A DNA stretch of 64,000 nucleotides from an uncultured virus (IMG/VR IMGVR_UViG_3300022700_000138) (taxonomy: Duplodnaviria > Heunggongvirae > Uroviricota > Caudoviricetes). A model generated the notes under the pieces. The model ran no database searches. It worked only from the letters and a program-made list of their open reading frames with translations, and was not told the origin of the DNA. The stretch is taken from the IMG/VR virus record IMGVR_UViG_3300022700_000138, one strand, 5' to 3'. This document shows, in pieces, positions 1-10,187 of the stretch. Within the stretch, counting starts at the first letter, position 1; every line of letters starts with the position of its first letter. A program made the translations under genes and the position numbers.

Positions 1-9
1 ACATCAAAC

Positions 10-3000
10 GTGATCGCGCCGGGAATCGACCAATATCCTTATGACGAGCCTAGTGGATTCCTTTCTGGGTTGGATCACCAAATAGAGACAACCGGACCCG
101 GGAACACGCTAACGCTTTACGAAGATCAGATAAGGGTGCGTGTACGTGGTGTGGAGGAGTGGTTGCACCTTCCTGGCGGTGCAGACATGGATATAGGTAC
201 ACCGCCTGCTACCGGTTACGCTAGAACACTGGTGTACCTAAAAATGAACTTTACTCTGTATGACAATGCGACAACAGGTGGTACCCCTGTAGATAACAGC
301 ATTGTAAGCCAAATACACCATCCTTACGTTCCATCAAACATATCAGGTACATTCCGTGGGCAAGGGTGGAAACGTGGTTTTGTTACTTGGCAGTTTGTCT
401 ACCAAACTTGGAACAACACTGATTATTTAGACGAAGACGATGCTATGAGTGCTGCGGGCTGGACGCGTGGCGACGTTACCATGGCAGCAGCTGGCGCTCA
501 GTACGAGGACGGCGGCATTTGGTCGCGGTCGATTGCCATAGATGCCGACGATCGGGTTCATCCCATGCAAGCAGAATGGGCCATCCCTATCTGTCTAGTC
601 CACCGCAGAAATACTGGGACGTGGACCTATGACACTAATCCAAATGGATCTCCTGGCAGACCTGACGACCGTACCGACGCTACGGTATTGCATGTAGACG
701 ACTTAGTTGATCTCCGTCATGAAGTGGGCTTGAGCGAGGACGACGTCAAAGAACGTATCGTAGCCGACATGCAGAAAAATATGACCGGCCGTCTCCGAAC
801 TAGGTTGGCGAATAAATACCAAGGTAGCGGTACCAGTGGGGAAGTAGCCGGGACGAGGATACTCCAAACAGATTTTATTGGTAACGTTCCCGGTGAGTAC
901 AACATGGAACCTGGGGATGGAAGACGGCGAATTTGGAGTGACGCACGTGAATTCCAAGTCTTGTCGGCACAGTTTGACTTGCTGAGTAGTAGCAGCGGAA
1001 CCAATTACTCGTATAACTACGATGGTGGAAATAACCGCGGGACGTTGACTATAACAGCCCCAACTTATGCTAGTATAGTCAGACATATACCTGCAATAAC
1101 GATAGCAAAAGGTGATGATCCGGATGCTGCGGATTTCATGGAATTTTATGGGCCGCCACTATGGACTTCGCAAAAAAGTCTGCCCTCGGCTGGGTTAGGG
1201 TCATACCCAACTCCGGTAGAAGCAAAGTACATGGATTCTAGCTCCGGGACCGATGCACTGGAGCCCATTGTATTCTACTGGCCGTACGATCAATCTACCA
1301 CGACCGCAAGCTTTCAGGGATTTGAAGTTACTAGAGATCCGATCTCAGGCAACGCGGTGTCTATGACAGGCTACATAGATACCAGTGGTGTATCAGGAAG
1401 TGCAGTTATAAGTTGGTGGGTACATTACGATCGTAGTTATACAGCCCCACTCGACGTAAATTATGGGCTAGCGGAGATTCCCGATGAGGTACACAAAATT
1501 ACCAAAGATCCACTGGGCAGCCCAGAACAAATAAACCTCGGACCATTATACTGTACTGTAAAGAAGACACTGACGTCCGCGTCTTCCGTTACTATTAGCG
1601 ATACAGATGTAGCTGCCGCCTCGGGTATGACAGGTACAATTACTTTGGTAGGTCTTGGGGACAGGTTCCTAGAAAGTTCGGTGAGTATACCAACCACAAC
1701 CATGACGCTTTCTAGGGATGCAATAACGGACAACTTCTCTCTATCTTATACTGGAGAATACCAAGCAGTAGTATATTTTTATACGAGCGATGTGAGTAAA
1801 TGGGTGGAGGTTGGGAAGGGAGGAAAAAGTGTACAAGCTTACTTCGAATGGAATGAGGATGTTTTTCCATTTGGGAGCCAACCTGCCAGTAGTGGCAACA
1901 GAACCAGGGCATTAGGGGAGGATCATTTTGTAAATGCAAAGAACCCATTTGGACGAACAAAAAACGACAATAGTCCACTAATAAATCCTACAGCTTGGTT
2001 ATGGAATAAGACAGCTACTGGTACTGAGTGGACTCTCCGATACGTAGGGTTGGAAAACCAAGAATTTACCAACTTCTTGACATTTTCTCAAGGTGGCCTA
2101 GACGAAGATGCCCTATTGATTTGCTCCGTTCATAAAACATTAAGTTCTGCAGCCTCCGATACCTTACAGATAGACTATACATACACACCGTATCAAGGAT
2201 TGTCGTCGACTGGCGGTAAAGCAGCCGTAATAGGACCGACGACGATTCAAAATATGAAGAATTACCTACATGGAGAGATCGTAGACAACTCAGACTTCTT
2301 TGTAACACAAAATGGCGCGTCAAGCTACTTTTCGGGTGTTGAATGTTGGACTGGTACACCGTTCAATCACCATTTCCATACTTCCGACACTAGTACAACT
2401 GGTGCTCGTAGATTCGAAGATTTTAACCGTACTGGTTTAGTAATGCCTGACGGTTCTATTGGTGGGGTTGCTGATTTACAGGGACTGTCTGGTTGGAGAG
2501 CAAGCTGCCCGGCTGCCTCTGTACTAAGACTGCCGTTTCCGTGCAACTTTAACATGGTAGTTTCATCCTACCATTCCGGAGTAATGGATTTCGATTTGGA
2601 CCCAGCTAGAGCCGGCTCAGCCTCTGGTGAATTTACGTACGCACCAGGTTATCCAGGGGGACCCACGTCGGTTAGTAATGCCCGAAAAGATCAATTTATC
2701 AATGGACTGTCTCCATTAAGAATACCGCCGGATGATAGACTGATAAGCAAATCTATGTCCATGTTGGCTAGCAGCTGGGTGGTGACTAGTGCCCATACAG
2801 CGGATTCGTTCCCAGCACGCAACAGTGGAACTTACCGTACCGGTGCGATCACCGAAGTCATATCCGTCGTTGCGGACGTACCCGAAGCAACGGACCACCT
2901 ACTGCAAAGGGCACTAACATTCTGTCAAGGGCAAGCAGGTTCAATAGGATTTGGCGATAGCACTGTTCCCACTGACGGATCCAGCGGGGTGCGTATAAGA

Positions 3001-3963
3001 GGCTACGAGAATCAAAACGCGTTCTCTGTTACCAATGCTGCGTCACCCGCTGCATATCTTTACCAAGATTATTCGGATACAATTGTGGATTATCGATATA
3101 CGGCAACTGACGGTTCTGGTGCTACCAATGATTGGTATGTGAGTTACCATCCTGGTACGGTAATAATGTACTACCTCACGAATGTCGAACCCAACCTATT
3201 AGTGGGGATAGAAATAGCTCTGGCTCAAATATCATCGTCCCCTGTGGCGGTGTTACGTGACACCCTATTAGACCTCTCTTCCGATTTTTCGATCGGTAGG
3301 GAGTTTACGTACACTATGGCAGGTATGAGTTCGTTCAGATTCGTGCAGCACTACCAACAGTTTGTAGATACGATAGTGCTTCCTTACGAGAGTACGTCGA
3401 CAACTTACAACAAATTGCAAAGGTCCTCTCGCACACTGGGGTCGATAGTAAAGGGACTTACTGTGGAGTACCCAACTAGCTGGACGGCCGGAACCATATC
3501 AAATCTTGAGAATCTTTACGCCGCGTCAATAGACTTAAAGGGGTCTGGTAGGGGGATCTATTTGGGTTCAAGTACAGATAGATTTAACATGGGTGTATTT
3601 GTTCCGGGTTCAGGTACCCCGCTTTCTGCGCTAGATCCATCCACTGTTCTCCAAGCAGATCCGGAAGGTGAACCGCTATCAGTAACGTATAAACCCCCAA
3701 TTGCACCGTTTGCTGAAACAAAGAAGGTAAATCATCCATACGACCACGGAGGGCCAACAGCCTACTCCTGTTTTGGCCTGGGTATAAGACCAAGTTCTAA
3801 CGCACATAAGAACAGACTCGTTCTTCAAATTACTGGGGGCCCGATCGGCCTGTACGACAAACGCCCCAACTCCCTAGGTAATATGGATCCTAGTGACCTA
3901 GACGGTACAGCTATAGATGCATTCTGGCCTACAGGTAGGCCTATCTTAAAACCGAAAAAGTAA
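10..3963 (+). CDS. Large putative virion structural (baseplate/tail) protein, possibly 5'-truncated by the window edge
   Basis: 1317-aa ORF, S/T/G-rich beta-type composition, first of a run of structural-looking genes; frame is open to the window start. Confidence 0.55.
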   Translation: MIAPGIDQYPYDEPSGFLSGLDHQIETTGPGNTLTLYEDQIRVRVRGVEEWLHLPGGADMDIGTPPATGYARTLVYLKMNFTLYDNATTGGTPVDNSIVSQIHHPYVPSNISGTFRGQGWKRGFVTWQFVYQTWNNTDYLDEDDAMSAAGWTRGDVTMAAAGAQYEDGGIWSRSIAIDADDRVHPMQAEWAIPICLVHRRNTGTWTYDTNPNGSPGRPDDRTDATVLHVDDLVDLRHEVGLSEDDVKERIVADMQKNMTGRLRTRLANKYQGSGTSGEVAGTRILQTDFIGNVPGEYNMEPGDGRRRIWSDAREFQVLSAQFDLLSSSSGTNYSYNYDGGNNRGTLTITAPTYASIVRHIPAITIAKGDDPDAADFMEFYGPPLWTSQKSLPSAGLGSYPTPVEAKYMDSSSGTDALEPIVFYWPYDQSTTTASFQGFEVTRDPISGNAVSMTGYIDTSGVSGSAVISWWVHYDRSYTAPLDVNYGLAEIPDEVHKITKDPLGSPEQINLGPLYCTVKKTLTSASSVTISDTDVAAASGMTGTITLVGLGDRFLESSVSIPTTTMTLSRDAITDNFSLSYTGEYQAVVYFYTSDVSKWVEVGKGGKSVQAYFEWNEDVFPFGSQPASSGNRTRALGEDHFVNAKNPFGRTKNDNSPLINPTAWLWNKTATGTEWTLRYVGLENQEFTNFLTFSQGGLDEDALLICSVHKTLSSAASDTLQIDYTYTPYQGLSSTGGKAAVIGPTTIQNMKNYLHGEIVDNSDFFVTQNGASSYFSGVECWTGTPFNHHFHTSDTSTTGARRFEDFNRTGLVMPDGSIGGVADLQGLSGWRASCPAASVLRLPFPCNFNMVVSSYHSGVMDFDLDPARAGSASGEFTYAPGYPGGPTSVSNARKDQFINGLSPLRIPPDDRLISKSMSMLASSWVVTSAHTADSFPARNSGTYRTGAITEVISVVADVPEATDHLLQRALTFCQGQAGSIGFGDSTVPTDGSSGVRIRGYENQNAFSVTNAASPAAYLYQDYSDTIVDYRYTATDGSGATNDWYVSYHPGTVIMYYLTNVEPNLLVGIEIALAQISSSPVAVLRDTLLDLSSDFSIGREFTYTMAGMSSFRFVQHYQQFVDTIVLPYESTSTTYNKLQRSSRTLGSIVKGLTVEYPTSWTAGTISNLENLYAASIDLKGSGRGIYLGSSTDRFNMGVFVPGSGTPLSALDPSTVLQADPEGEPLSVTYKPPIAPFAETKKVNHPYDHGGPTAYSCFGLGIRPSSNAHKNRLVLQITGGPIGLYDKRPNSLGNMDPSDLDGTAIDAFWPTGRPILKPKK

Positions 3964-3978
3964 TGGAGACTGACCGAA

Positions 3979-4281
3979 ATGGCTACAAAGGGAAGCAGCA
4001 AGACTAAGAAAAAGAATGGTGGCAACGGAGAAAAACTACCGGATCAGGTCGAGCAAGCTGACTTGCATCCAATGCAGTTGCTGTTCAAAGAGTTGGAGAA
4101 CCTACAGCTCAAGAAGCAACTGATGGAAAGTCGTGTACCTGAAATTGCGGAGCTTAACGCCCAAATGGATGAGGTACGTAAGCAACTAGGTGAAAAGAAT
4201 CATCAGGTCAACGAAAAGTACCAGCTCAATACAGAGACTGACCGTATCGACCTAAACACGGGGACTATTACGAGGAGCTAA
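3979..4281 (+). CDS. Small coiled-coil protein, possible fibre assembly chaperone
   Basis: GGAG SD upstream; heptad pattern; C-terminal IDLNTGTI motif. Confidence 0.5.
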   Translation: MATKGSSKTKKKNGGNGEKLPDQVEQADLHPMQLLFKELENLQLKKQLMESRVPEIAELNAQMDEVRKQLGEKNHQVNEKYQLNTETDRIDLNTGTITRS

Positions 4282-4283
4282 AA

Positions 4284-4568
4284 ATGGATGAGTACAAACT
4301 TTCCGAAGATAAGTTGCTTAAAATCGACAATCTACGTTTGAAATATCAGAATTCATTAACTCTGGTAGAAGCAATACGTCAGCGCCGGGACAACCTTGCC
4401 ACAGAATTGCGCGTGATCCCAGAACGCCTGGAAAAGGCTGAAAAGGACGCAGAAAGCAAAAAATCTGCGTTCGAAAGTGCTTACAAAGAACTGAAGGAAG
4501 AATTTGAAGTTCCAGACGGAAAGGAACTCAATTTCGAAACCGGTGAGTTCGTAGACACAAACCGGTAG
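4284..4568 (+). CDS. Small coiled-coil protein, paralog-like to the upstream gene
   Basis: GAGGAG SD; coiled coil; C-terminal LNFETGEF motif resembling IDLNTGTI. Confidence 0.5.
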   Translation: MDEYKLSEDKLLKIDNLRLKYQNSLTLVEAIRQRRDNLATELRVIPERLEKAEKDAESKKSAFESAYKELKEEFEVPDGKELNFETGEFVDTNR

Positions 4569-4594
4569 ATCATGCACGGCGTTGGAGAGAGGCT

Positions 4595-5908
4595 ATGTCC
4601 AGTAATTATCCAGTAGGATACGACTCGAATGCGAACCTTGGGGGACCTTTCTCCAACGTCGTGCCACCCGCTGATCCGGCTTTAGACATAGACGCTGTAC
4701 ATACTAACAATAGAAATGATTCTATCTTTGCTATAGAAGCTCGAGTTGGCATCTACGGAGAATCCAACAATACATCCTTAGACTGGGCCACTTTGACCGT
4801 CGGGGGCACCCCTAACCAAGGACTGAGGTTTGCGGGAAGCCATGCAGACTGGCCCGGGGACGTAGCTGAATCGGGTATATTCGTCGATTCTGCGACTGGT
4901 AACGTATCTTTCCACAAAAGCGGCGATGCAGTAGGGGTGTTCTACGATTTAACCAGCACAGGCAGTCCATACACTCCACCGACCGGTTCAAACATAAACA
5001 AGTTACAAGTGTGGGATGGGGCTGCGTGGTCAGCGACGAATGTAATCGACTCAACTACTAGTGCTGAGGCCATTAAAATCACACAAGCTGGGACTGGTAA
5101 CATCTTAGATTTAACGGATACATCAGGTCCAACGAGCAGGTTTGTAGTAGCTAAAAGTGGTGAAACGAACATAAATGCCGTTACTGCAAATCCCGCTTTG
5201 TTTGTGGAGCAGGGTTCCTCTGGGGCACTGCTGGATCTCACAGATGGGGCTGGACCAACTATAAGATTTGCCGTTAGCAAAGACGGGGGAACCAGCGTTA
5301 ATGCTAGTAGCACTGGTAACGCTCTGTACGTCGAGCAGGCATCATCAGGAAAAATACTTGCCGTTTATGATGGTACCGGACCAGCAAGTCGACTAGAAGT
5401 GGCCAAAGCAGGCGACACTAGCATAACAGCTAACACCACAAACCCTGCATTGTATATAGAACAAGGGTCAACTGGTGATTTACTAAACCTTACAGATGGT
5501 ACAGGACCTACTAGCCGGTTTACTGTGTCTGTTGGTGGCGAGGCCGACTTAGTTGCCAGTACCACAAATCCGGCGCTGTCAGTGGTGCAAGGATCAACAG
5601 GTGATATATTTGGGTTTTATATTTCAGAGGGTCCGACTAATAGGCTATCTCTAAGCACAAACGGGCTTTTAAGTTTGTCTACGTCTAGTAACATTGAATC
5701 TGAAGCGTTCTTGATAGATCAGAACGATTCTAATATGCCGTTCATCAATTTTGCTGGGACATTGGCAGAAGACAAGTCTGCAAACATATCATCTAATTTA
5801 GGGGCAGAAGGATCTGTAGTCGGGCCCTTGTCTGATATGTGGTCTGGCTATCGTATGGTCAAGATGGAAGTAAACGGCGTGTCCGGTTGGGTGTGCTTCT
5901 TTAATTAG
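4595..5908 (+). CDS. Putative fibre protein with five 42-aa repeats
   Basis: Repeats such as TANPALFVEQGSSGALLDLTDGAGPTIRFAVSKDGGTSVNAS; GGAGAG SD. Confidence 0.65.
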   Translation: MSSNYPVGYDSNANLGGPFSNVVPPADPALDIDAVHTNNRNDSIFAIEARVGIYGESNNTSLDWATLTVGGTPNQGLRFAGSHADWPGDVAESGIFVDSATGNVSFHKSGDAVGVFYDLTSTGSPYTPPTGSNINKLQVWDGAAWSATNVIDSTTSAEAIKITQAGTGNILDLTDTSGPTSRFVVAKSGETNINAVTANPALFVEQGSSGALLDLTDGAGPTIRFAVSKDGGTSVNASSTGNALYVEQASSGKILAVYDGTGPASRLEVAKAGDTSITANTTNPALYIEQGSTGDLLNLTDGTGPTSRFTVSVGGEADLVASTTNPALSVVQGSTGDIFGFYISEGPTNRLSLSTNGLLSLSTSSNIESEAFLIDQNDSNMPFINFAGTLAEDKSANISSNLGAEGSVVGPLSDMWSGYRMVKMEVNGVSGWVCFFN

Positions 5909-5925
5909 GATTAAGGTCACCATAC

Positions 5926-6429
5926 ATGTCTCAATTTGGTACAGGTCAATTTGGTACAGCATCTTTTGGGGGTGACCCAGATCCACCCCTAATATTTGAT
6001 ATCGACGCCGAAATAACTACCAAAGCAAGGGACCTGATTGCACGAGGACGTACTGATGGCACCGGAATAAAAACTACGCAGTTCTCCATTGGAACCGGCG
6101 GTTATAATCCATTTGACTTCACGCGTGCTGTACCTGTAAACCCCGATTCATCAGATCTAGATTTTCCCCTGCCATTTGCCACCCCGAACGGACGTAAACC
6201 GATCACGGAATACGAGCATCCGAACCAAAAGTCTGGCTGTACCTACTGCGTCGTAGAAAAAACGGAAGGCAACGCTCTACTTGGTGAAGTTGGTGTATGG
6301 GCAGAAATAGTGTATAGTCCATATACTCACGAACTAGGAGATGTTTTTCTAGCAGCAATTTCTCACTTTCCATTAGTCGGCAAAAACAGCTCTATGCGCT
6401 ACGCGTTTCGTGTAAACGTACATTTCTAG
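5926..6429 (+). CDS. Putative baseplate/fibre-attachment domain protein
   Basis: FSIGTGGY...LGEVGVWA motif typical of tail-fibre attachment domains; similar to the C-terminus of the next gene. Confidence 0.5.
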   Translation: MSQFGTGQFGTASFGGDPDPPLIFDIDAEITTKARDLIARGRTDGTGIKTTQFSIGTGGYNPFDFTRAVPVNPDSSDLDFPLPFATPNGRKPITEYEHPNQKSGCTYCVVEKTEGNALLGEVGVWAEIVYSPYTHELGDVFLAAISHFPLVGKNSSMRYAFRVNVHF

Positions 6430-6438
6430 GGACAATAA

Positions 6439-9216
6439 ATGGCTGTGCACATCCTACGACCGAATGATCCGGGATTCTATAGCAGTGCTTGGTCTATCCA
6501 GACTACTAGTGGCTATACTACCTATTGGGAGAACATAAATGAGGCCGACGCTGATGGGGACGCAAACTATGTCTACGCAACAGAGCCAGGTGCGTTTACC
6601 GTCAACATCACAGACTATTTTTCATCTTCTTACATCAGGCCTACCAGAGTTCAGGGTATCATAGTAATTGCCACATTGAAGACCAGCAGCGCCAATCCAG
6701 TTGATTTCAAGTTTAGACTCAGGTATAACAATCAGAATTATGATTCAGAAGTATTTACAGCAAACTCATTCCCGAATTATTCCGAGATATACAAAATATA
6801 TAAGCAACTTCCAAATGGAGATGCCTGGAACAGTGTACGGCTAAGTGATTTGGAAGTTGGCTTAGTTCACGTATCCGGTGTGTCTTCGGTGGAACTACGC
6901 TGCACCAAAATCGAAGTCCAAGTACACTCCGAACTGTATCCTAATTTTGTCCTGACTCCGAATGACCCGGGCTATTATTCTGAATGGGATGTGGAGCCTT
7001 CTACTGCAGATGCCTTCCGAGCCGTAGAACGGTTCAATGGTGATTTAGCATATGTACATAGCAATAATGTGTGGCAGATTGGGGATACTAATACCACAGA
7101 ATCTTTGACTTCTATTTCTGGAAGTTCCTCGGCCAACATTTTTGCTGTAGGCACTTCCGGTACAATTGTACACTGGGACGGTACAGACTGGGCGACACAT
7201 ACTTCTGGAATCACGACAGATTTGTTTGGAGTATGGACTTACGACCCAAACAATGCGTTTGCAGTCGGCCTCACTGGAGTAGTACTAAAATGGGATGGTA
7301 CTACCTGGAATGACATGTCACCGTCATCCGTCTCGGGTCTACGTGGCGTGTGGGGTACTTCTCCAACTGACTTGTTTGTAGTTGGGACTGGCGGGACTGT
7401 GTTGCACTGGGATGGGCTAACCTGGACTACGATGGCTTCCGGTACAGCTGAGCATTTGATGGATGTATGGGGACTTGGTTCCAGTGATGTTTATGCTGTG
7501 GGCTATAACGGCGAAATTATATATTATGATGGGTTGTCCTGGTCAGTACAGGCCTCGCCGACCACAGAAATACTAAACGGTGTTTTTGGCAGCGCCACAA
7601 ATGACATTTATGCTGTCGGGGAAAATAGCGCCGTAGTTTACTGGGACGGTATCTCATGGAGTTCAGTCTCTATTGGGGTACTCGCAGATCTAAACGCAAC
7701 GTGGAGTGACGCTTCTAATAACGTGATTATAGTAGGTGATGCTGGTTTTGTGCGTCACTGGAATGGAACTATTTGGGAAGAACTTCCGACACGCTCAACA
7801 GCCAATCTATTGGATGTTTGGGGCGCCGCCAGCTCAGAGATCTATTCCGTTGGTCATAGTGGTACATTTACGTACGTAAGTGCAAATACCTGGTGGCCAA
7901 TTACCACGGTCAATACAGAAGACCTACCTACACCCCTACCTGCCCCCTTAATAGATAAAGTGCAGGCGAGTTGCCTGGTTAAAAACCAAGAAACAGATAA
8001 TATAGGATACGTTAATACAGTTGTACGATCTAGCGGCGCGGACTACGAAGGTGCAAGGGGCACCGATAGTTGGCAAGTCCCGCCGGACGGCAAATGGCAT
8101 TTTATAGAGGAGGAGTTTGTCAACGACCCAAACACGGGTTGGCCAACTGGTGTACCCAGTGCTACCGCTTGGGCAGCGTCGGAAGTAAACAACTTTCAAG
8201 TCGGCGTAAAAAACGAAGGCGGGGATCTTCGTTGCACATCTATGGGATTGGAGGTGTTTTTCAAAAATACGCCGTTATCCACTTTCGATATGGTACCGGT
8301 AGCTGACGGATACCACACTCAGCTTCTCCCGCGACAGCCAAATACTGGAGAAGCTGCTTGGGAAGACGTGGACGAAAATCCACCGGACTGGTCTACCTCT
8401 TATATTGGTGCGGACGCGTCAACAGCTGGAACTCCACAGTATGGTTCCTTTTCAGTGACTGCCGGTGGGCCAATCCCGTCTGGGGAACAAATTTATTGCG
8501 TAGAACTGAAAATAGGTACGAGATTAGGGTCTACTTCCGCGGCGTGGGTTGCGGGACTAATCAGATTGGGAGGGGAAACGTACATAGGCCGACCGTTTAG
8601 GGTGGACAACACAGGAACATCTTGGTTTTATGTAAAAGAAGATTTTTTCACATCACCGTTTACGAGTCACCGTTGGGAGCTGGCTGACGTTAATGCGGCA
8701 GAGTGGGGTGTAGTAGTACTAACAGGTGATGTTGATATCACAAGTGTGAAGGTACAGATACAGACAGCTCCATTACTCGACAATTCCCCGGATCCTACAG
8801 ATCTACAGCTAACAAATGACGCTCTATACTGGATAAACCAGTCAAAAATAGACGGGACGATATACGCAGTGCTAGAATTCGGGGTTGGCACAGGCGGATA
8901 TTCCTCTGCAGATCCGGCAACTGTGCTGGCCGTAAATCCAGCCGCTACTTCACTAACAAATGAGATATACAGAGATAAAATAACCGCAGTTACATACGAT
9001 GCGGATACGCTTCCATGGAATGTAGACTACTGGTGCCGAGTGCCAAGGGACGTTGCAGTAGACGCAGTAGGTGAAGTAGCGCTGTACGCTCAAATTATAG
9101 ACTCGCCGAGCGCACCGGCGGGAACATGGTTTCTATTTGCGATCATGCATTTCCCGTGTCAATGTAGGCATGATAAAAAGGTCCACCTTTACAAAGTATC
9201 GATCGAATATCCCTAG
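6439..9216 (+). CDS. Virion protein with beta-propeller repeats and C-terminal attachment-like domain
   Basis: About six repeats of LxGVWGxSxxDxxAVGxxGxIxHWDGxxW; C-terminal FGVGTGGY...VGEVALYA. Confidence 0.65.
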   Translation: MAVHILRPNDPGFYSSAWSIQTTSGYTTYWENINEADADGDANYVYATEPGAFTVNITDYFSSSYIRPTRVQGIIVIATLKTSSANPVDFKFRLRYNNQNYDSEVFTANSFPNYSEIYKIYKQLPNGDAWNSVRLSDLEVGLVHVSGVSSVELRCTKIEVQVHSELYPNFVLTPNDPGYYSEWDVEPSTADAFRAVERFNGDLAYVHSNNVWQIGDTNTTESLTSISGSSSANIFAVGTSGTIVHWDGTDWATHTSGITTDLFGVWTYDPNNAFAVGLTGVVLKWDGTTWNDMSPSSVSGLRGVWGTSPTDLFVVGTGGTVLHWDGLTWTTMASGTAEHLMDVWGLGSSDVYAVGYNGEIIYYDGLSWSVQASPTTEILNGVFGSATNDIYAVGENSAVVYWDGISWSSVSIGVLADLNATWSDASNNVIIVGDAGFVRHWNGTIWEELPTRSTANLLDVWGAASSEIYSVGHSGTFTYVSANTWWPITTVNTEDLPTPLPAPLIDKVQASCLVKNQETDNIGYVNTVVRSSGADYEGARGTDSWQVPPDGKWHFIEEEFVNDPNTGWPTGVPSATAWAASEVNNFQVGVKNEGGDLRCTSMGLEVFFKNTPLSTFDMVPVADGYHTQLLPRQPNTGEAAWEDVDENPPDWSTSYIGADASTAGTPQYGSFSVTAGGPIPSGEQIYCVELKIGTRLGSTSAAWVAGLIRLGGETYIGRPFRVDNTGTSWFYVKEDFFTSPFTSHRWELADVNAAEWGVVVLTGDVDITSVKVQIQTAPLLDNSPDPTDLQLTNDALYWINQSKIDGTIYAVLEFGVGTGGYSSADPATVLAVNPAATSLTNEIYRDKITAVTYDADTLPWNVDYWCRVPRDVAVDAVGEVALYAQIIDSPSAPAGTWFLFAIMHFPCQCRHDKKVHLYKVSIEYP

Positions 9217-9259
9217 TCCTACCTTCCCCGTCCTTCCAATTATCTAGTTATCTTATAAA

Positions 9260-9279
9260 GAGACGGACCGGTCCGTCTC
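9260..9279. repeat. Perfect 20-bp palindrome GAGACGGACCGGTCCGTCTC
   Basis: Self-reverse-complementary, intergenic, 27 bp upstream of the ATG at 9307. Confidence 0.9.
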
Positions 9280-9306
9280 CAATCTCGTACATAGTGGAGT
9301 GCAACA

Positions 9307-9699
9307 ATGTCTGATAAAAGTGTGGAGCATAATGTGCTCTGGCACCAATTGAACGACAAAAATGAACTGGAGGCAGTTTTTGCTTCTCCATTGGAGGACT
9401 TGTACTCAGAGATGCTTACTCACGCTAAGTACGTTGCATCTTTGGCAGAAAACGGGGTCGAATCCCGTATAGTAGAAGGAGATGCAATAATTAATATAAG
9501 ATTCAGTGACAATAATGGTAACAAAGAAACAGTATCACTGCTCGCGGGAAAACCAAGATTAGCTTTCAGAGAAGTCCATTTTACGAACCTGCTAGATGAA
9601 AAAGGAGGTATGGTCACGTTGGCTAGCTCACCGGATTCATGGAAAAGTGCCCCAGACATTTTCGAGGCAGAGTACAAAGAGGAAACTAAGGAGGAATAG
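9307..9699 (+). CDS. Hypothetical protein
   Basis: 130-aa ORF with GGAG SD. Confidence 0.6.
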   Translation: MSDKSVEHNVLWHQLNDKNELEAVFASPLEDLYSEMLTHAKYVASLAENGVESRIVEGDAIINIRFSDNNGNKETVSLLAGKPRLAFREVHFTNLLDEKGGMVTLASSPDSWKSAPDIFEAEYKEETKEE

Positions 9700-9702
9700 C
9701 AG

Positions 9703-10161
9703 ATGAAATATAAGCTCAAGTCATCTGTAATAACCCCCTTGACGGATGCTGGGGTAATTGACGCCGACGGTGACATTACCCTAAATATCCCAATTAGGGG
9801 TTCGAACGAATTTGAAAAAATGTACAAACTAACCTGGAAAGCTGCAACCGAGGCGTTGCAAACCAGCAACCCACGGGCCGCGAGAGCTATCAGAAATACT
9901 ACTGCCCCACCAACTAAAGTAAACGGAAATTGGAAGATTATGGACCCTGCTATCAAGTGGTTTGATGAGCTCCCAGACAGCGATACAACAACAGCAAAGT
10001 CAGTGGATGTGGATGGCGTTCAGGTGCCTTCTCGGTTCGAACGGCAACTTCTACGTCGGTATAGGCAAGCAGGAGCCAACGTGGTGAGGCCACATCCACT
10101 AGATCCCAGATCAGAGCACGAGTCAAACATATCAGCAGCCAAAACGTATTTCGGTTTGTAG
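9703..10161 (+). CDS. Hypothetical protein
   Basis: 152-aa ORF, AGGAGG SD, tightly packed. Confidence 0.6.
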   Translation: MKYKLKSSVITPLTDAGVIDADGDITLNIPIRGSNEFEKMYKLTWKAATEALQTSNPRAARAIRNTTAPPTKVNGNWKIMDPAIKWFDELPDSDTTTAKSVDVDGVQVPSRFERQLLRRYRQAGANVVRPHPLDPRSEHESNISAAKTYFGL

Positions 10162-10187
10162 AAACAAACTAGGAGAGGAGTTCAACC

